DNA of 63,633 nt, counting the filler, from Chiloscyllium plagiosum (Eukaryota): the NCBI RefSeq assembly GCF_004010195.1. It is 4 parts of one record of this genome, joined end to end, with 100 filler letters (N's around TTAATTAATTAA, not from the genome) between each part and the next. Parts side by side here need not be neighbours in the genome. Positions count along the whole stretch, not along the records: positions 32,065 to 49,047 come from NC_057715.1; 3 more parts are not named here. One strand, given 5' to 3'. The translations under genes and the position numbers were made by a program. Below the pieces are notes generated by a model. That model ran no database searches. It had not been told where the DNA came from and saw only the letters and a list, made by a program, of their open reading frames with translations. This document shows, one piece after another, positions 35,991 to 49,147 of the stretch (positions are counted from its first letter, which is position 1; each line of letters begins with the position of its first letter).

Positions 35991-37581
35991 AGAAAAGGTA
36001 CAACTCGGAATTACACCTCGATCAGGATCCCCCTCAGTCTTCTCTGCTCCAAAGAAAACAACTCGAGCTTATCCAGCCCCTCTTCATTGCTAAACAGTTC
36101 CACTCGAGACGACATTGTAGTGATTGTCCTCTGCATCCCCTTCGGCATAATCAGAAGAGTTTGCCATTTCCTCTCATAGTTCTTCCAACGTAAGAGTAAA
36201 AAACTAGTTGGAATGCCTTTGTCAGCAATTAGCTTATTCGGTTCGACTCTGGATGAGTCATTTTCACACTTGCACAGCTAAAAACATACCTGCACCATTG
36301 TGCAGTCACTAGTTTCATTTAACTTGTCCAGCAACATATTTTATCTGCAGGGAGAGATGGTTGAAAGGAGCCCATCGAGAAAGAACTTCCTTAGCAAAAG
36401 AAATATCGCAAGGTAAGCGAAAAAGACATCAGAATGTCCCAAGGTAATGCTACGCATAATTCAACTGCATTTTTCACCTGAAGCAAGCTCGTAAAACACT
36501 TGCTTATCAATTGAAATGGCAAATTAAAGTAATTTATCACAAAAGTTCAGTGTGTAAGTTTTCTTCTCATTAATTTCCTCCAAGTATTTTTTGTGCTTCT
36601 GCACATAATTCTTCTTTCCCGTGATAAAGGGGCTGCTTCACTCAGAGATGAAGTTGCGCCAAGACTTGACAATGCATGAACATACGAGTCTGAGGTGGGA
36701 GTAGGCCATTCAATAAGATGAAGGCTGATCTGCCTCCAACCTCAAAGCTGCATTTCCACCCTCTCCTTGGTAACCTTTCAGCCTCTTGTTGAGCACAAAT
36801 CCACCTTTCTCTGCTTTAAAAATATACAAATGCTCTGCTTCCAACACTCCTGAGGAAGAGAGTTCCAAAAAACTACAACCCTCTGAGGGAAAATGCTCAT
36901 CGCTGTCTTCAGTGGATTTCTAAATGGTGAACCTCCCGCTCTAAATTCCCCCACAAGTGGAGACATCACCTCCGCATCCACCCCACCAGAACCCCTCGAG
37001 GCCAAACGTTTTAACCAAGTCATTTCTTTCTCTTCCAAACTCCACCAAATACAAGCCAAGCCTTTCCAACCTTTCCTCACAAGAGTACCCACCTATTTCC
37101 GCTGTTAGTCTGGCGAACTATCTCTGAACTGCTTCCAATGCGTTTGCATCCTTCCTTAAGTAAGGAGATCCAGTGTGTCCAGTATCCCAGCAACCCCCTG
37201 GTATGTCATCACAGTCATAGCTGTGGCTCACTTGGTAGGATTTTCGATTCAGAAAATGACAGGTTTAAGCTCCCAATCTAGAGATGTGAGCCCACAAGCA
37301 AAGCTGTCAATTCCCGACACTGGAGTGACACAGAGCTAGAGATTCTGTCTTTTAGATGATATGTCAAACCAAACTTTGTCTGAGTGGACAAGAAAAATTA
37401 GACAAAGCTACTTGAGGAGCAGCAGATTAATTCACGCCTGTGACATTATCACTCGACTATTAATCCAGAGATCCAGGTCCTAAGGAAACCCAGGTTCAAA
37501 TCCTGCCATAGCAGATGGTAGAATATGAATTCAATAAAAGTCTTGGATTAAAAGTTTAACAGCAATCATGAAACTGTAGCT

Positions 37582-38373
37582 TATTGCGTGAAATTCTGGT
37601 CTCCTTCCGATCAGAAGAATGTTGTGAAACTTGAAAGGGTTCAGAAAAGATTTACAAGGATGTTGCCAGGGTTGGAGGATTTGAGCTATAGGGAGAGGCT
37701 GAATAGGCTGGGGCTGTTTTCCCTCGAGCATTAGAGGTTGAGGGGTGACATTATCGAGGTTTATAAAATCATGAGGGGCATGGATAAGATAAAGAGACAA
37801 GCAAGTGCTTGCTTCAGCTGAAAAATGCAGTTGAATTATGCATAGCATTACCTTGGGACATTCTGATGTCTTTTTCGCTTACCTTGCGATATTTCTTTTG
37901 CTAAGGAAGTTCTTTTTCGATGGGCTCCTTTCGACCATCTCTCTCTGCAGATAAAATATGTTGCTGGACAAGTTAAATAAAACTAGTGACTGCACAATGG
38001 TGCAGGTATACTATTAGTTGTGCAAGTGTGAAAATGACTCATCCAGTGTCTAACTTTTCCCTGGGGTGGGGGGAGTCCAGAACTGGACGGCATAGTTTGA
38101 GGGTGAGAGGGGAAAGATATAAAAGGGACCTAGGGGGCAACTTTTTCACACAGAGGGTGGTGCGTGTATGGAATGAGCTGCCAGAGGAAGTGGTGGAGGC
38201 TGGTACAATTACAACATTTAAAAGGCATCTGGATAGGTATATGAATAGGAGGGTTTAGAGGGATATGGCCAAGTGCAGGCAAATGGGACTAAATTAGTTT
38301 AGGATATCTGGTCGGCATGGACGTGTTGGACCGAAGGATCTGTTTCCATGCTGTACAACTTTATGACTCTATG
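37582..38373 (+). mobile_element. CR1 LINE 3' fragment split by an inverted copy of nearby unique DNA
   Basis: CR1 sequence stops at ~37800 and resumes at ~38055 (cttttccctgggg). Confidence 0.9.
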
Positions 38374-38477
38374 TTGGGAAAACTCATCTAGGGAAGGAAA
38401 TTAGATTAGATTAGATTCCCTACAGTGTGGAAACAGGTCCTTCGGCCCAACAAATCCACACCGATCCTCCGAAGAGG

Positions 38478-39275
38478 TGTAGTTAAGTATTTGGTTAGTG
38501 TTTGACAGTTTTCTGTATACGCAGGTTTGTAGTTCTCTGTTGTCCTTTCTTTCGACTGTGATGTCCTGGAATGCGAGTTTGTTGTCGGTTTCTTCCTCTT
38601 TGGTGAACTTTATGCCTGTGAGGGTGTTGTTGATGATGTTAAATGTCTCTTCTATCTTGTTTCGTTTTGTGAAATGGACAACGGAGAACTACAAACCTGC
38701 GTATGCAGAAAACCGACCAACACTGACCAAATACTTAACTACACCAGCAACCATCCCAACACACACAAACGAAGCTGTATCAACAACCCATGGACAAAAC
38801 CAACGTCATCTACAAAATTCCATGCAAGGACTGCCACAAAAACTACGTAGGACAAACAGGAAGAAAGTTAGCCACCAGGATACACGAACACCAGCGAGCC
38901 ACAAAAAGATACGACCCTCTCTCCCTCGTAGCCCTACACAAGGAGGAAAAAAACCACCATTTCGACTGGGACAACACATCTAGCCTGGGACAGGCTAAGC
39001 TATGACATGCCAGAGAATTCCTAGAGGCCTGGCACTCCAACCACAACGCTATTAACAAACACATAGATCTAGATACCATCTATCAGCCCCTCAGAAAATG
39101 AACAGGAAATGACATCACCACAAACCCCAGGAACCCCATCCAGGAGAAAGATACAAATAGAAAGCAGGAGACAACAGCTTCGCTTCACTTGGAGTCATCA
39201 CTGATGATGTTACCTAGCCAGGTAATGAAACGTCTGGATATCAAACCTACAGCTCAACGAGCAAACCTACACCCT
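38478..39275 (+). mobile_element. Penelope/Poseidon-type PLE, rearranged, with 5' inversion
   Basis: KTNVIYKIPCKDCHKNYVGQTGRKLATRIHEH (GIY-YIG); inverted RT C-terminal piece at 38478-38670. Confidence 0.9.
39201..39234 (+). ncRNA. Minimal type I hammerhead ribozyme motif (Poseidon family C)
   Basis: ca-CTGATGA-T-GTTACCT(AGCC)AGGTAAT-GAAA-CG-TC-tg. Confidence 0.75.
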
Positions 39276-39276
39276 A

Positions 39277-39740
39277 AAGGGTTGGAGGATTTGAGCTATA
39301 GGGAAAGGCTGAACAGGCTGTGGCCGTTTTCCCTGGAGTGTCGGAGGCTGAGGGGTGATCTTATAGAAGTTTATTAAATCTTGAGGGGCATGGATAGGAT
39401 AAATAGACAAAATATTTTCCCTAGAATGGGGGAGCTCAGAACTAGAGGCCATAGGTTTAGGGTGAGAGGGGAAAAATTTAACAGGGACCTAAGGGGCAAC
39501 TTTTTCACACAGAGGGTTGTGCGTGCATGGAATGATCTGCCAGACGAAGTGGTGGATGCTGGTACAGTTACAACATTTGAAAGGGATCTGGATGGGTATA
39601 TGAATAGGAAGGGTTTGAAGGGATATGGACCAAGTGCTGGCAAATGGGACTAGATTAGGTTAGGATATCGGGTCGACATGGATGAGTTGGAATGAAGGGT
39701 CTGTTTCCATGCTGTACATCTCTATGATTGCATGACTCTA
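39277..39740 (+). mobile_element. CR1 LINE 3' fragment
   Basis: GLEDLSYRERL...RTRGHRFRVRGEKFNRDLRGNFFTQRVV. Confidence 0.92.
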
Positions 39741-40203
39741 TACTGATACTGTAAACAGCTCCCATTCTTCACTCTCTCCATCTTGTTACTCATTCACTGT
39801 TTTCAGTATTTCTCACAACATCCTTCTTGTGGACCCTTCTATCCTACACTCGTCCCAATCACTTGCTTTCTTTTTCTCACAACAGCCATCATCTTCACAA
39901 GACAGAATCTAACTATCTCCCCTCGACATTCCACGCCATTGCCATCACCAAATTTCCCACCAACATCCTGGCCATTATAATTGACCAGAAACTGAGGTGG
40001 ACTTGCCATTTCAATGTAGTGGCTACCAGAGCAGGTCAGAGGCTGAGGGATCTGCACGTGTAACAGGCATTGGGGAAACAAGAGAAGTTCCCCAAAATCT
40101 GTCCATCGTTTACAAGGGCACAAGTTAGAGTGTGATAGGATAATGCCCACCGGCCTGGATGAGTGCACACTCAAGAGGTATGACATGATCCAGAATAAAG
40201 TAG

Positions 40204-40412
40204 GAGAAAGTGAGGTCTGCAGATGCTGGAGATCAGAGCTGGAAATGTGTTGCTGGAAAAGCGCAGCAGGTCAGGCAGCATCCAGGGAACAGGAGAATCG
40301 ACGTTTCGGGCATAAGCCCTTCCTGAAGAAGGGCTTATGCCCGAAACGTCGATTCTCCTGTTCCCTGGATGCTGCCTGACCTGCTGCGCTTTTCCAGCAA
40401 CACATTTCCAGC
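40204..40412. mobile_element. PLE family A ~210-bp near-perfect foldback, 15-bp TSD, hammerhead at 40323-40350 (+)
   Basis: TSD tccagaataaagtag at 40189-40203 and 40413-40427; CTGAAGAAGGGCTTATGCCCGAAACGTC. Confidence 0.9.
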
Positions 40413-41219
40413 TCCAGAATAAAGTAGCCCTCTGGATTGGTATCTCATCTACCACTTGCATTCAATCCCTCCATTACTGACACACAGCAGCCGCAGTGTG
40501 ACCCATCCATCAAGATGCACTGCAGAAATTCACCAAGACTTATTTGTCAGCCACTTCTAAACTTGCAACCCTGACCATCTTGGGCATAAATGCATAGAGC
40601 ACTACTTAATGCTCCACAATTTAATGGAATCATGGATGATTTGTGGCCTAACTCCATTTCATTTTCTGTTCCCTCCTCTCTTCCCTTTTCAGTATTGAAT
40701 TTCATCTGACACCATGCTGCAGAATTAGAACTCAAGATTTCATCAACATATACTTTGCAACAAGAAAGCAAATGCCAAAGATGGTGCCAGTCAAACTGGC
40801 TGTTTTGTCCTGGATGGTTTTGAGCTTCTTTGAGAGGTGTTGGAGCTGCACTCTTCCAGGCAGATCGGGAGTATTCCATCCCATTTCATCTGAGCTTCCA
40901 TCTATAAGACTATCCGTGGCACAGTCGCTCTGATTTTCTCTTTTGCAATTTGAACCTGGAGAATCAGTATGACATATACACTCAGGAATTAAAAGCTAGC
41001 CTAGTGGTGAACACACAACCTTTGTCAATTGATGTAAGAACCCATTTCATTCACTAATGTCTATTAAGGAAAGAGTTATGCTGTCCTTACCTGGTTTGGC
41101 TTACACATGACTTCAGGATCACAGCAATGTGGTTGACTACCCTCAATGTAATTAGCGATGGGCATTATAACCTATCCATTGTGTCCATAGCCCATGAATG
41201 ACTTCTTTCAATAGTTTGA

Positions 41220-41705
41220 GACAAAGAAACTGCAGATGCTGGAATCCAAAATGGACAGGCAGGAAGCTGGAAGAACACAGCAAGCCAGGCAGCATCAGGA
41301 AGTGGAGACTTAGATTAGATTACAGTGTGGAAACAGGCCCTTCGGCCCAACAAGTCCACACCGACCCNNNNNNNNNNNNNNNNNNNNNNNNNNNNNNNNN
41401 NNNNNNNNNNNNNNNNNNNNNNNNNNNNNNNNNNNNNNNNNNNNNNNNNNNNNNNNNNNNNNNNNNNNNNNNNNNNNNNNNNNNNNNNNNNNNNNNNNNN
41501 NNNNNNNNGGGAATTGAACCCGGGTCTCAGGCGCTGTGAGGCAGCAGTGCTAACCACTGTGCCACCGTGCCATAATCCCAACTGTCGACGTTTCGGGCAT
41601 AATCCTTCTCCAGGTCCTGAAGAAGGGTTATAACTGAAACGTTGACTTCTCTACCTCCTGATGCTGCCTGGCTTGCTGTGTTCTTCTAGCCTCCTGCCTG
41701 TCTAC
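41220..41705. mobile_element. PLE foldback with a nested HE1 SINE (41310-41572, minus)
   Basis: Arms ctggaagaacacagcaagccaggcagcatcagga and tcctgatgctgcctggcttgctgtgttcttctag. Confidence 0.8.
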
Positions 41706-42696
41706 CTTAAAACGTTCAGCACCATTCACAATATTAATGATAATGAAATGATCTGTGTCAAAATGTAGCAAGTTTGTCAGTATCTGGGCTTGAGCTGATA
41801 ACTGTTAAGTAACATTCACGCCACACAAGGGTCAGGCAATGACCATCTCCCACAAGTGAAAATCTAATCACTGATCCTTGGCATTTAATGGCAGTGCTAC
41901 TGCTGAATCTCCCATTAGCGACATCTTGGGGTTACTAATGACCAGAAACAAACGTGGACAAACCACATAAATACAGTTGGTACAACAGCAGGTCAGAGGC
42001 TAGGGATGCTGCAGGAAACAGCTCTTCTCTTGTTTCCCCGATGCCTGTCCATTGCCTATGAGGCACAAGCTGGGTGTGTGATTGAGTACTCTCCACTGGC
42101 AAAGCTAGGCCCAGCTCCAACAACACTCAAGAAGCTTAACATCATCTAAATCAAGGCAACCTCTTTGACTGGCACCACATCAACTTTAATATTAACGCAC
42201 AACGACGCCAGTTCACCATGACAACAAATGTTGGCCTAGCCAGCGATAAACAGTTCTGTGAAAAAATAAATTTGTTCAGCACAATTGACAGGTCAACTCT
42301 AAGGATATTAACTATGGTCTAAAGTCCCAAGTTGGCCAAACCAATTCCCATTAACAAATTCAGGAATCTGTTGGATTTTCAAGAATTGAATAAGGTTAAA
42401 TGAACTTCACAATTGTTGATTTCTGCATTACCTACTATACCATCGAGTATGGAGTTTTTTTTAATTCACTCATGGGATGTGAGTGTTGTTGGCTAGGCCA
42501 ACATATATTGCCCATCCCTAATTGCCCAGAGGGCAGTTAAGAGTGAACCACATTGCTGTGTGTCTGGAATCACATCTAGGCCAAACCAGGTAAGGATGGC
42601 AGTTTCCTTCCCTAAAGGACATTAGTGACCCAGATGCATTTTTCCATCAATTGCCAATGGTTTCATAGTCATCATTAGAATCTTAATTCCATTTAT

Positions 42697-42976
42697 GATT
42701 TGGAGATGCTGGTATTGGACTGGGGTGTACAAAGTTAAAAATTACACAACACCAGGTTATAGTCCAACAGGTTTAATTGGAAGCACTAGCTTTCGGAGCG
42801 CCGCTCCTTCATCAGGTGGTTGTGGAGTACACAACTGTAACACAAACTTTATTGCTATGAATTCTGTGTCTTACAATTGTGTACTCCACAACTGCCTGAT
42901 AAGGAGCGGCGCTCCGAAAGCTAGTGCTTCCAATTAAACCTGTTGGACCCTGACCTGGCGTTGTGTGATTTTTAAC
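42697..42976. mobile_element. PLE family B palindrome, 13-bp TSD, intact hammerhead on minus at 42787-42815
   Basis: TSD taattccatttat at 42684-42696 and 42977-42989. Minus strand CTGATGAAGGAGCGGCGCTCCGAAAGCTA. Confidence 0.88.
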
Positions 42977-45758
42977 TAATTCCATTTATAGAGTTTAAAC
43001 TCCACCATCGGCCGAGGTGGGATTTGAACCCAGATCCCCAGAACATTGGCTGAGTTTCTCGATGAGTGGCCTAGCAATAATCCCACTGAGGCCATTGTCT
43101 CCCCAAACACAGGAGATAAACAATACAAAAGATGCTTATTAAATCTGGAAACTTCCAGGTAAACATGGTTTTCTCACAGAGCAGACTCCCAGCAAAGGGC
43201 AGTAAATTATTTGCAGACTGTGAATTATAGTTACAAAGACTTTTGGATCCTTTGGGACGAAAAGGAAGCAGAATGTTCTCCAAAAGAAAACTCTTGTGTT
43301 TTATTATTTAAAGCAGCTGCTTGCATTCGATAAAGCTCTTCATGCAAACAAATTATTGTTTCAGTGACTGTAACAAAGAAAGTGATTCATAAGTATTTGT
43401 CAAGAGTGTTGTTTATATGTGTATGGGATGGTTGCTCCTGCCTGTTTAGTGTGAACTCTTAGCATAATGTAATTACACTTTTAATTACACTTCTAATGTG
43501 TAATGAAATCACCTTTAGTACAGTGTCATGACATTTATTGGAATGCAGTCACCTTTCGTGTGACATAATTGCCCTTCGTGCAATTCAATTGCCTTTAGTG
43601 TCATGCAATTATATCTTGTGTAGTATAATCATATTTAGAGTGTACAAATTGGTCATTTTTAGGAACACCAAAGCCTATCGGTCCTTGGTCCCCATTACAA
43701 TCTCGATCAGTAACCATCAAAATCATCCCTTTAAAAGGCATTTGGATGGGTATATGAATAGGAAGGGTTGGAGGGCTATGGGTCAGGTGTTGGCAGGTGG
43801 GACTAGATTGGGTTGGGATATCTGGTCAGCATGGACGGGTTGGACCGAAGGGTCTGTTTCCATGCCGTACATCTCTATGATTTTATCTCTTTATATGCTT
43901 CACTGTCACAATTGGTTAACAACACTTCTTAGAACACCTTGTGTTAGAGGTACCATGTAAATGCAGATTGTTGCCATTCGAGCAGCTTGGATCAATGTGA
44001 GAAGGAATGTTCTGTGTGTGGAAAGCTAAAGAATCCAGTTTAGGTATTTGCCTCAGAGACTGAACAATTCTCAATGCCTGTAGAGTGAGGACAAGGAGGC
44101 AAAGGCTCAATCAATGAGCTCCTACTTTGTGGAATCAAAGGCCTGGAAATTTCCCTGGAGCTGCTGTTGCACAAGAAAGGAAATTTCTGCCACGAATTCT
44201 GGATCAATTCTGAGGACAGTCCGAAATGTCGGCAGATGGTTTGAAAAAAATCCTTGCTGATGTCTGCCCTGCCATTACTGAATAAACCGAGGAAATATGA
44301 ATACATTATCCCAGGGATTTGTTGAAATTGTAAATGGCTAAATGTAATTCAATGATAATAAGATGCATCTCACTAATGACAGATATGCCAATGCCTCACA
44401 GTGTTAAGGTAATTCCCTGTGTATGTAGCAAACTCAGGTTTGATGTAAAATTGTAAGCACACCCAGGAGAAAGCTGGTAAGATTTAGCTTGACATCCTTT
44501 GTGATTTTCTAATGGCTGGGGGAAAAAAAATGATTGAGTCCTGAAATTTAGAAGTTACACAGGTTAATTATTAACAGCGATTTGGCCACCTGCCAGAAAT
44601 CTTCTCCCAGGCTTTGAGAAGACAAACCGTCTGAATGTATTATCAACGCTAAACCTGCATCAGTAAATTTCCATATGTATCAAGACCCAGGCAACATCCA
44701 GGCCTGGGATAACAAGTGACATGTCAGGCAATGACCATCTCCACTATACCAGAACCTAACCATAACCCTTTGACATTCCAAATCCACGACCACTACCATC
44801 CAGAAGGACAAAGGTAGCAGATACATGGGAACACCAACCCCTTCAACTTCCCCTCCAAGCCACTCACCATCTGACTTGGAAATATATCGCCCTTCCTTCA
44901 CTGTTGCTGGGCTAATATCCTGGAATTCCCTCCCTAAAGGCATTGTGGGTCAACTTACAGCAGGTGTATAGCAGCAGTTCAAGAAGGCAGCTCACCACCA
45001 CCTTCTCAAGGGGGCAACTAGGGACAGGTAATAGATGCTGGCCAACTAGCGATGCCCATGTCCCACAAATTATTTTTTTGAAAATTTAATAGCATCACCA
45101 TTCTTGAAGCCTGCATTATCAACACCCTAAGAGTTAGCACTGTCCAAAACCAAGTTAGACTAGCCATGGAAATGTAATGGTGCAGTGGTAGTGTCCCTAC
45201 TCTGCACTGGGAGGCCTGGGTTCAAGTCCTACTTACTATTGGGGTGTGTAATAACACTGCTTGAGCAGGATGTTTTGAAAAATATGGGTTTTTTTTAAAT
45301 ACAATGGCGACAAGGAGAAGTCAAAGTCTGGGAATTTGCAATGAATAACTTACCTCCAGTCACCCAAAGCCTGTCCTTTATTACAAGACACTAGCCAGGA
45401 AGATAATGTAATGCTGTCTACTTGCCTGGATGAGTGCAGCTAAGGACATTTGACACTGTCCAGCCCAAAGCAATCTGTTTGATTGGCTCTGCATCCACCA
45501 CCTTTAATACTTACTCTCTTCACCACCAATACACAGTAGCAGCTGTGTATATCTACTGCAAGTCACACTGCAGTAACTGACCAGGGCTCCTTTGACACCA
45601 TCTTTTAGTTAACATCTAGAAGGACAAGGGCAGCTGATAACACCACCATCTGCGAGTTCCCCTCCATGGCATACACCACCCTGACTTGGAAATATATTGC
45701 CATTCCTTCTCTGTTGCTTGGTTAATATTCTAGAACTCTTACCACAATAAGATATTGT

Positions 45759-46069
45759 GGGTGGCACGGTGGCTCAGTGGTTAGCACTGCTGCTGCCTCA
45801 CAGCGCCAGAGACCCGGGTTCAATTCCCACCTCAGGCGACTGACTGTGTGGAGTTTGCACGTTCTTCCCGTGTCTGCGTGGGTTTCCTCCGGTTTCCTCC
45901 CACAGTCCAAAGATGTGCAGTTCAGGTGAATTGGCCATGCTAAATTCCTGTAGTGTTAGGTAAGGGGTAAATGTAGGGGCATGGGTGGGTTGTGCTTCGG
46001 CGGGGCGGTGTGGACTTGTTGGGCCGAAGGGCCTGTTTCCACACTGTAAGTAATCTAATCTAATCTAAT
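45759..46069 (+). mobile_element. HE1-type V-SINE, full length and young
   Basis: gggtggcacggtggctcagtggttagcactgc...ggttcaattccc...taatctaatctaatctaatc. Confidence 0.93.
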
Positions 46070-46349
46070 CCCTTCTTAACAACATTGTGGATGTTCCTAC
46101 GCCCAAGGAGTACAGTGGTCCATCACCACCATCTCGGGAGCAATGAGAGACAAGCAATAAATGTTGGCCCAGTCAGCAAATGCCTATGTCCCATGAGTGA
46201 ATTTTTTTAAAAAGTAAACTCTTGAATAGATATGCCCCATTTAACATTTGACAGCAGCCATTGGCAATAAGGCATCCGTGAAAACTGTGTTAAAATGCAT
46301 GCTCTGCTCTAACATAGAACCACCACAGCAAAATCCTGCACAGCAAGAC

Positions 46350-47010
46350 GATAAGACCATAAGGTATTGGAGCAGAATTAAGCCCTTTGGTCCATCCAGT
46401 CTGCTCTACCATTTGATCATGTCTGATATGTTTCTCAAACCTCATTCTCCTGCCATCTCCTTGTAACCTTCGATCCCCTCTCTAACCAAGAACCTATCTA
46501 CCTTTGTCTTAAATGTATTCAATGACTTGGCCTCCACAGCCCTCTGAGTTCCACAGAATCGCCATTCTCTGGCTGGAGAGATTCCTCCTCATCTCAGTTC
46601 TGAAGGGTCATCTCCTCACTCTGAGACTGCACCTTCGGGTTCTAGTCTCTCCTACCGGTGAAACATCTTCTCCATGTCCACTCTATCCAGGCCTCTCAGT
46701 GTGCTGTAGGTTTCAATCAGAACCTTCTTCATGCTTCTAATCTCAATCAGAGTTCTCAACCACTCCTCATATGACAAGCCCTTCATCCCAGGATCATTCT
46801 TGTAAACCTCCCTTGGGTCCCCTCCAAGGTCAGCACATTCTTCCTTAGATACTGGACCCAAAACTGCTCACAATATTCCAAATAAGATCTGACAAGAGTC
46901 TTATACAGCCTCAGCAAAACATCCTTGCTCTTGTGTTCTCGCTCTCTTGAAATGAATGTCAATGTTACATTTGCCTTCCTAAATGCCAACAGAATCTGCA
47001 TGTTAAACAT
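46350..47010 (-). mobile_element. CR1 LINE 3' fragment
   Basis: KDVLLRLYKTLVRSYLEYCEQFW on minus. Confidence 0.9.
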
Positions 47011-48649
47011 AACCACAATTTGATAATGACCAGATCTTGAATTTTAGTAATGTTAATTGAGGAATAAATATTGACTGGAGTATTAGGAAAGCTCTCCCTC
47101 AAATAGCATTATGGGATCATTTAGATCCACCCATGAGAGCAATCGAGGGCTTGGTTTAAGATTATATACAATGGAGCATTGACAGTGCAGCATTCCCTCA
47201 GTATGTTTGCCTGAGAGAGCCCATCAAGACTACGTGCTTAAGTTGCTGCAGAGAATCTTGAATGAAACATTCTGACCACATTTCAAATGCATAAGTTTGT
47301 GTAAATACAGGGAGACTTTGGTCTAGTGGTATTATCTCTGGACTGTTAATCCAGAAACTCAGCTAATGTTCTGGGGACTCAGGCTCAAATGCCACCCTGC
47401 CAGATGGTGGGATTTAAATTCAGTAAAAATCTGGAATGGAGAGACAAATGAACCCAAAGCCATTGTTAATTATGGGGAAACCCCATCTGGCTCACTAGGA
47501 AAGGAAGCTGCCATCCTTACCTGGTCTGGTCTACGTGTGACTCCAGGCCCACAGCAATGTGGTTGACTCTTAACCGCCATCTAGACAATTACAAATAGGC
47601 AATAAGTGCTGGCCTAGCCAGTGATGCCCTTATCCCATGAATGAATAAAAAAAATTAAATAGGGTGGAACGTTTGGAGACAGACTAGTTAATCCTGTCAC
47701 TTTTGTCATTCTCACATGTTTTCACTTGATAGACACCAACATGATGGGTATAAAAAAGATATGCTCTCTTTTCTCTCCTCTTTGGACGTTGGAATCTCCA
47801 ACAACCTTAAATCTCTGATTAAAATGAATTCAATCATCTAGAAATGCTGATGTTACAGAGCACAGCAATAACTGTTCACATGAAAGCAAGATAAATTAAG
47901 CAAGATTAAGCACTAATGAACATGTAAGGTAAGCGCCAACAGAAAGTATAAAGATAGCCTCCAATTACTATGGGTAATATTGTTGTTTTAAGCAAGTCAC
48001 ACAGAGTAGGAGACAGAGCAGATCAAAGGCATGTGTCATGAGCCAAGTACTTTAATTAATCTGAGTTTCCTAATTGCAAATGCTGTGCTACTGGAGAGAA
48101 CAAGATCAACAGTATTGGATAAATTTCCATTATTCATGGCTCTTTTTATTTCCAAGGAAAACCTTAAATTTTTATTGTGTGTTTCATGCCCACTGGATGC
48201 AAGCACTTTAAGGTCAATTAAGCAGCTTTGAAATATAGTAACCACAGAGAACACAGCAGCCAATTTGAGTGCAGCATGTTCCCACAAACAGCAATGTGAT
48301 AATGACCAGGTTATCTGTTCCAGTAATGTTCATTGAGGAATAAATACTAGCCAGGACCTCAAGGAACACTCCCCTGATTTTGCTCCAAAACAGTGTCATT
48401 GGGGTTAGTGCACAGGGTGGGACAGTGGTGTAGTGGTTAGCACTGCTACCTCACAACACCAGGACCTGGGTTCAATTCCAGCTTCAGGTGACTGGCTGCA
48501 TCGAGTTTGTCTGTTCTCCCTGTGTCTGCACAGGTTTCCTCCCACAGTCCAAAGCTACGCAGGCTAGGTGGATTGGCCATGGGAAACGGTTGCTCTTCAG
48601 AGAGTCAGTGTGGACTTGATAGGCCATTTCAAACAGGTATGCCGTTTTG

Positions 48650-49047
48650 GAAAATGAAGGGGGTGATGGGTTTTTAGGGGAACGTAGCACAAACAGCCAA
48701 GTTCTGATATTGAGACTGGCTCTAATACAACGATGGGTACGTCAGCTTCCAAGAGATCAATTGTGTTAGGGGATTCTGTAGTCAGAGATACAGACAGACA
48801 TTTCTGTGGCCAGCAGAGAAAAAGCAGAATGGTGTGTTGCTTCCCTGGTGCCAGGATCAAGGATGTCTCAGAGAGGGTGCAGAATGTTCTCACAGGGGAG
48901 AGGGGCCAGCAAGAGGTCATTGTACACATTGGAACCAACGATATAGGAAGGGAAAAGGTTGAGATTCTGAAGGGAGATTACAGAGAGTTAGGCAGAAGTT
49001 TAAAAAAGAGGTCCTCAAGGGTAGTAATATCTGGATTACTCCCAGTG
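48650..49047 (+). mobile_element. CR1 ORF1 fragment encoding an SGNH/GDSL-type esterase domain
   Basis: IVLGDSVVR (block I), CFPGARIKDV (block II), VIVHIGTNDIG (block III), VVISGLLPV; truncated by a gap. Confidence 0.9.
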
Positions 49048-49147
49048 NNNNNNNNNNNNNNNNNNNNNNNNNNNNNNNNNNNNNNNNNNNNTTAATTAAT
49101 TAANNNNNNNNNNNNNNNNNNNNNNNNNNNNNNNNNNNNNNNNNNNN

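Noticed and set aside
40204..40412. DNA-transposon MITE or miRNA hairpin interpretation of the foldbacks
   Set aside because: Asymmetric arms, variable long TSDs and identity with GIY-YIG-linked repeats at 18306-19022 indicate PLE origin.
45759..45835. tRNA gene
   Set aside because: Box A/B head continues into a V-domain and LINE tail, so it is a SINE head.
48733..49047. Host or horizontally acquired SGNH hydrolase gene
   Set aside because: Matches the esterase domain typical of CR1 ORF1 and lies upstream of CR1 ORF2 sequence.
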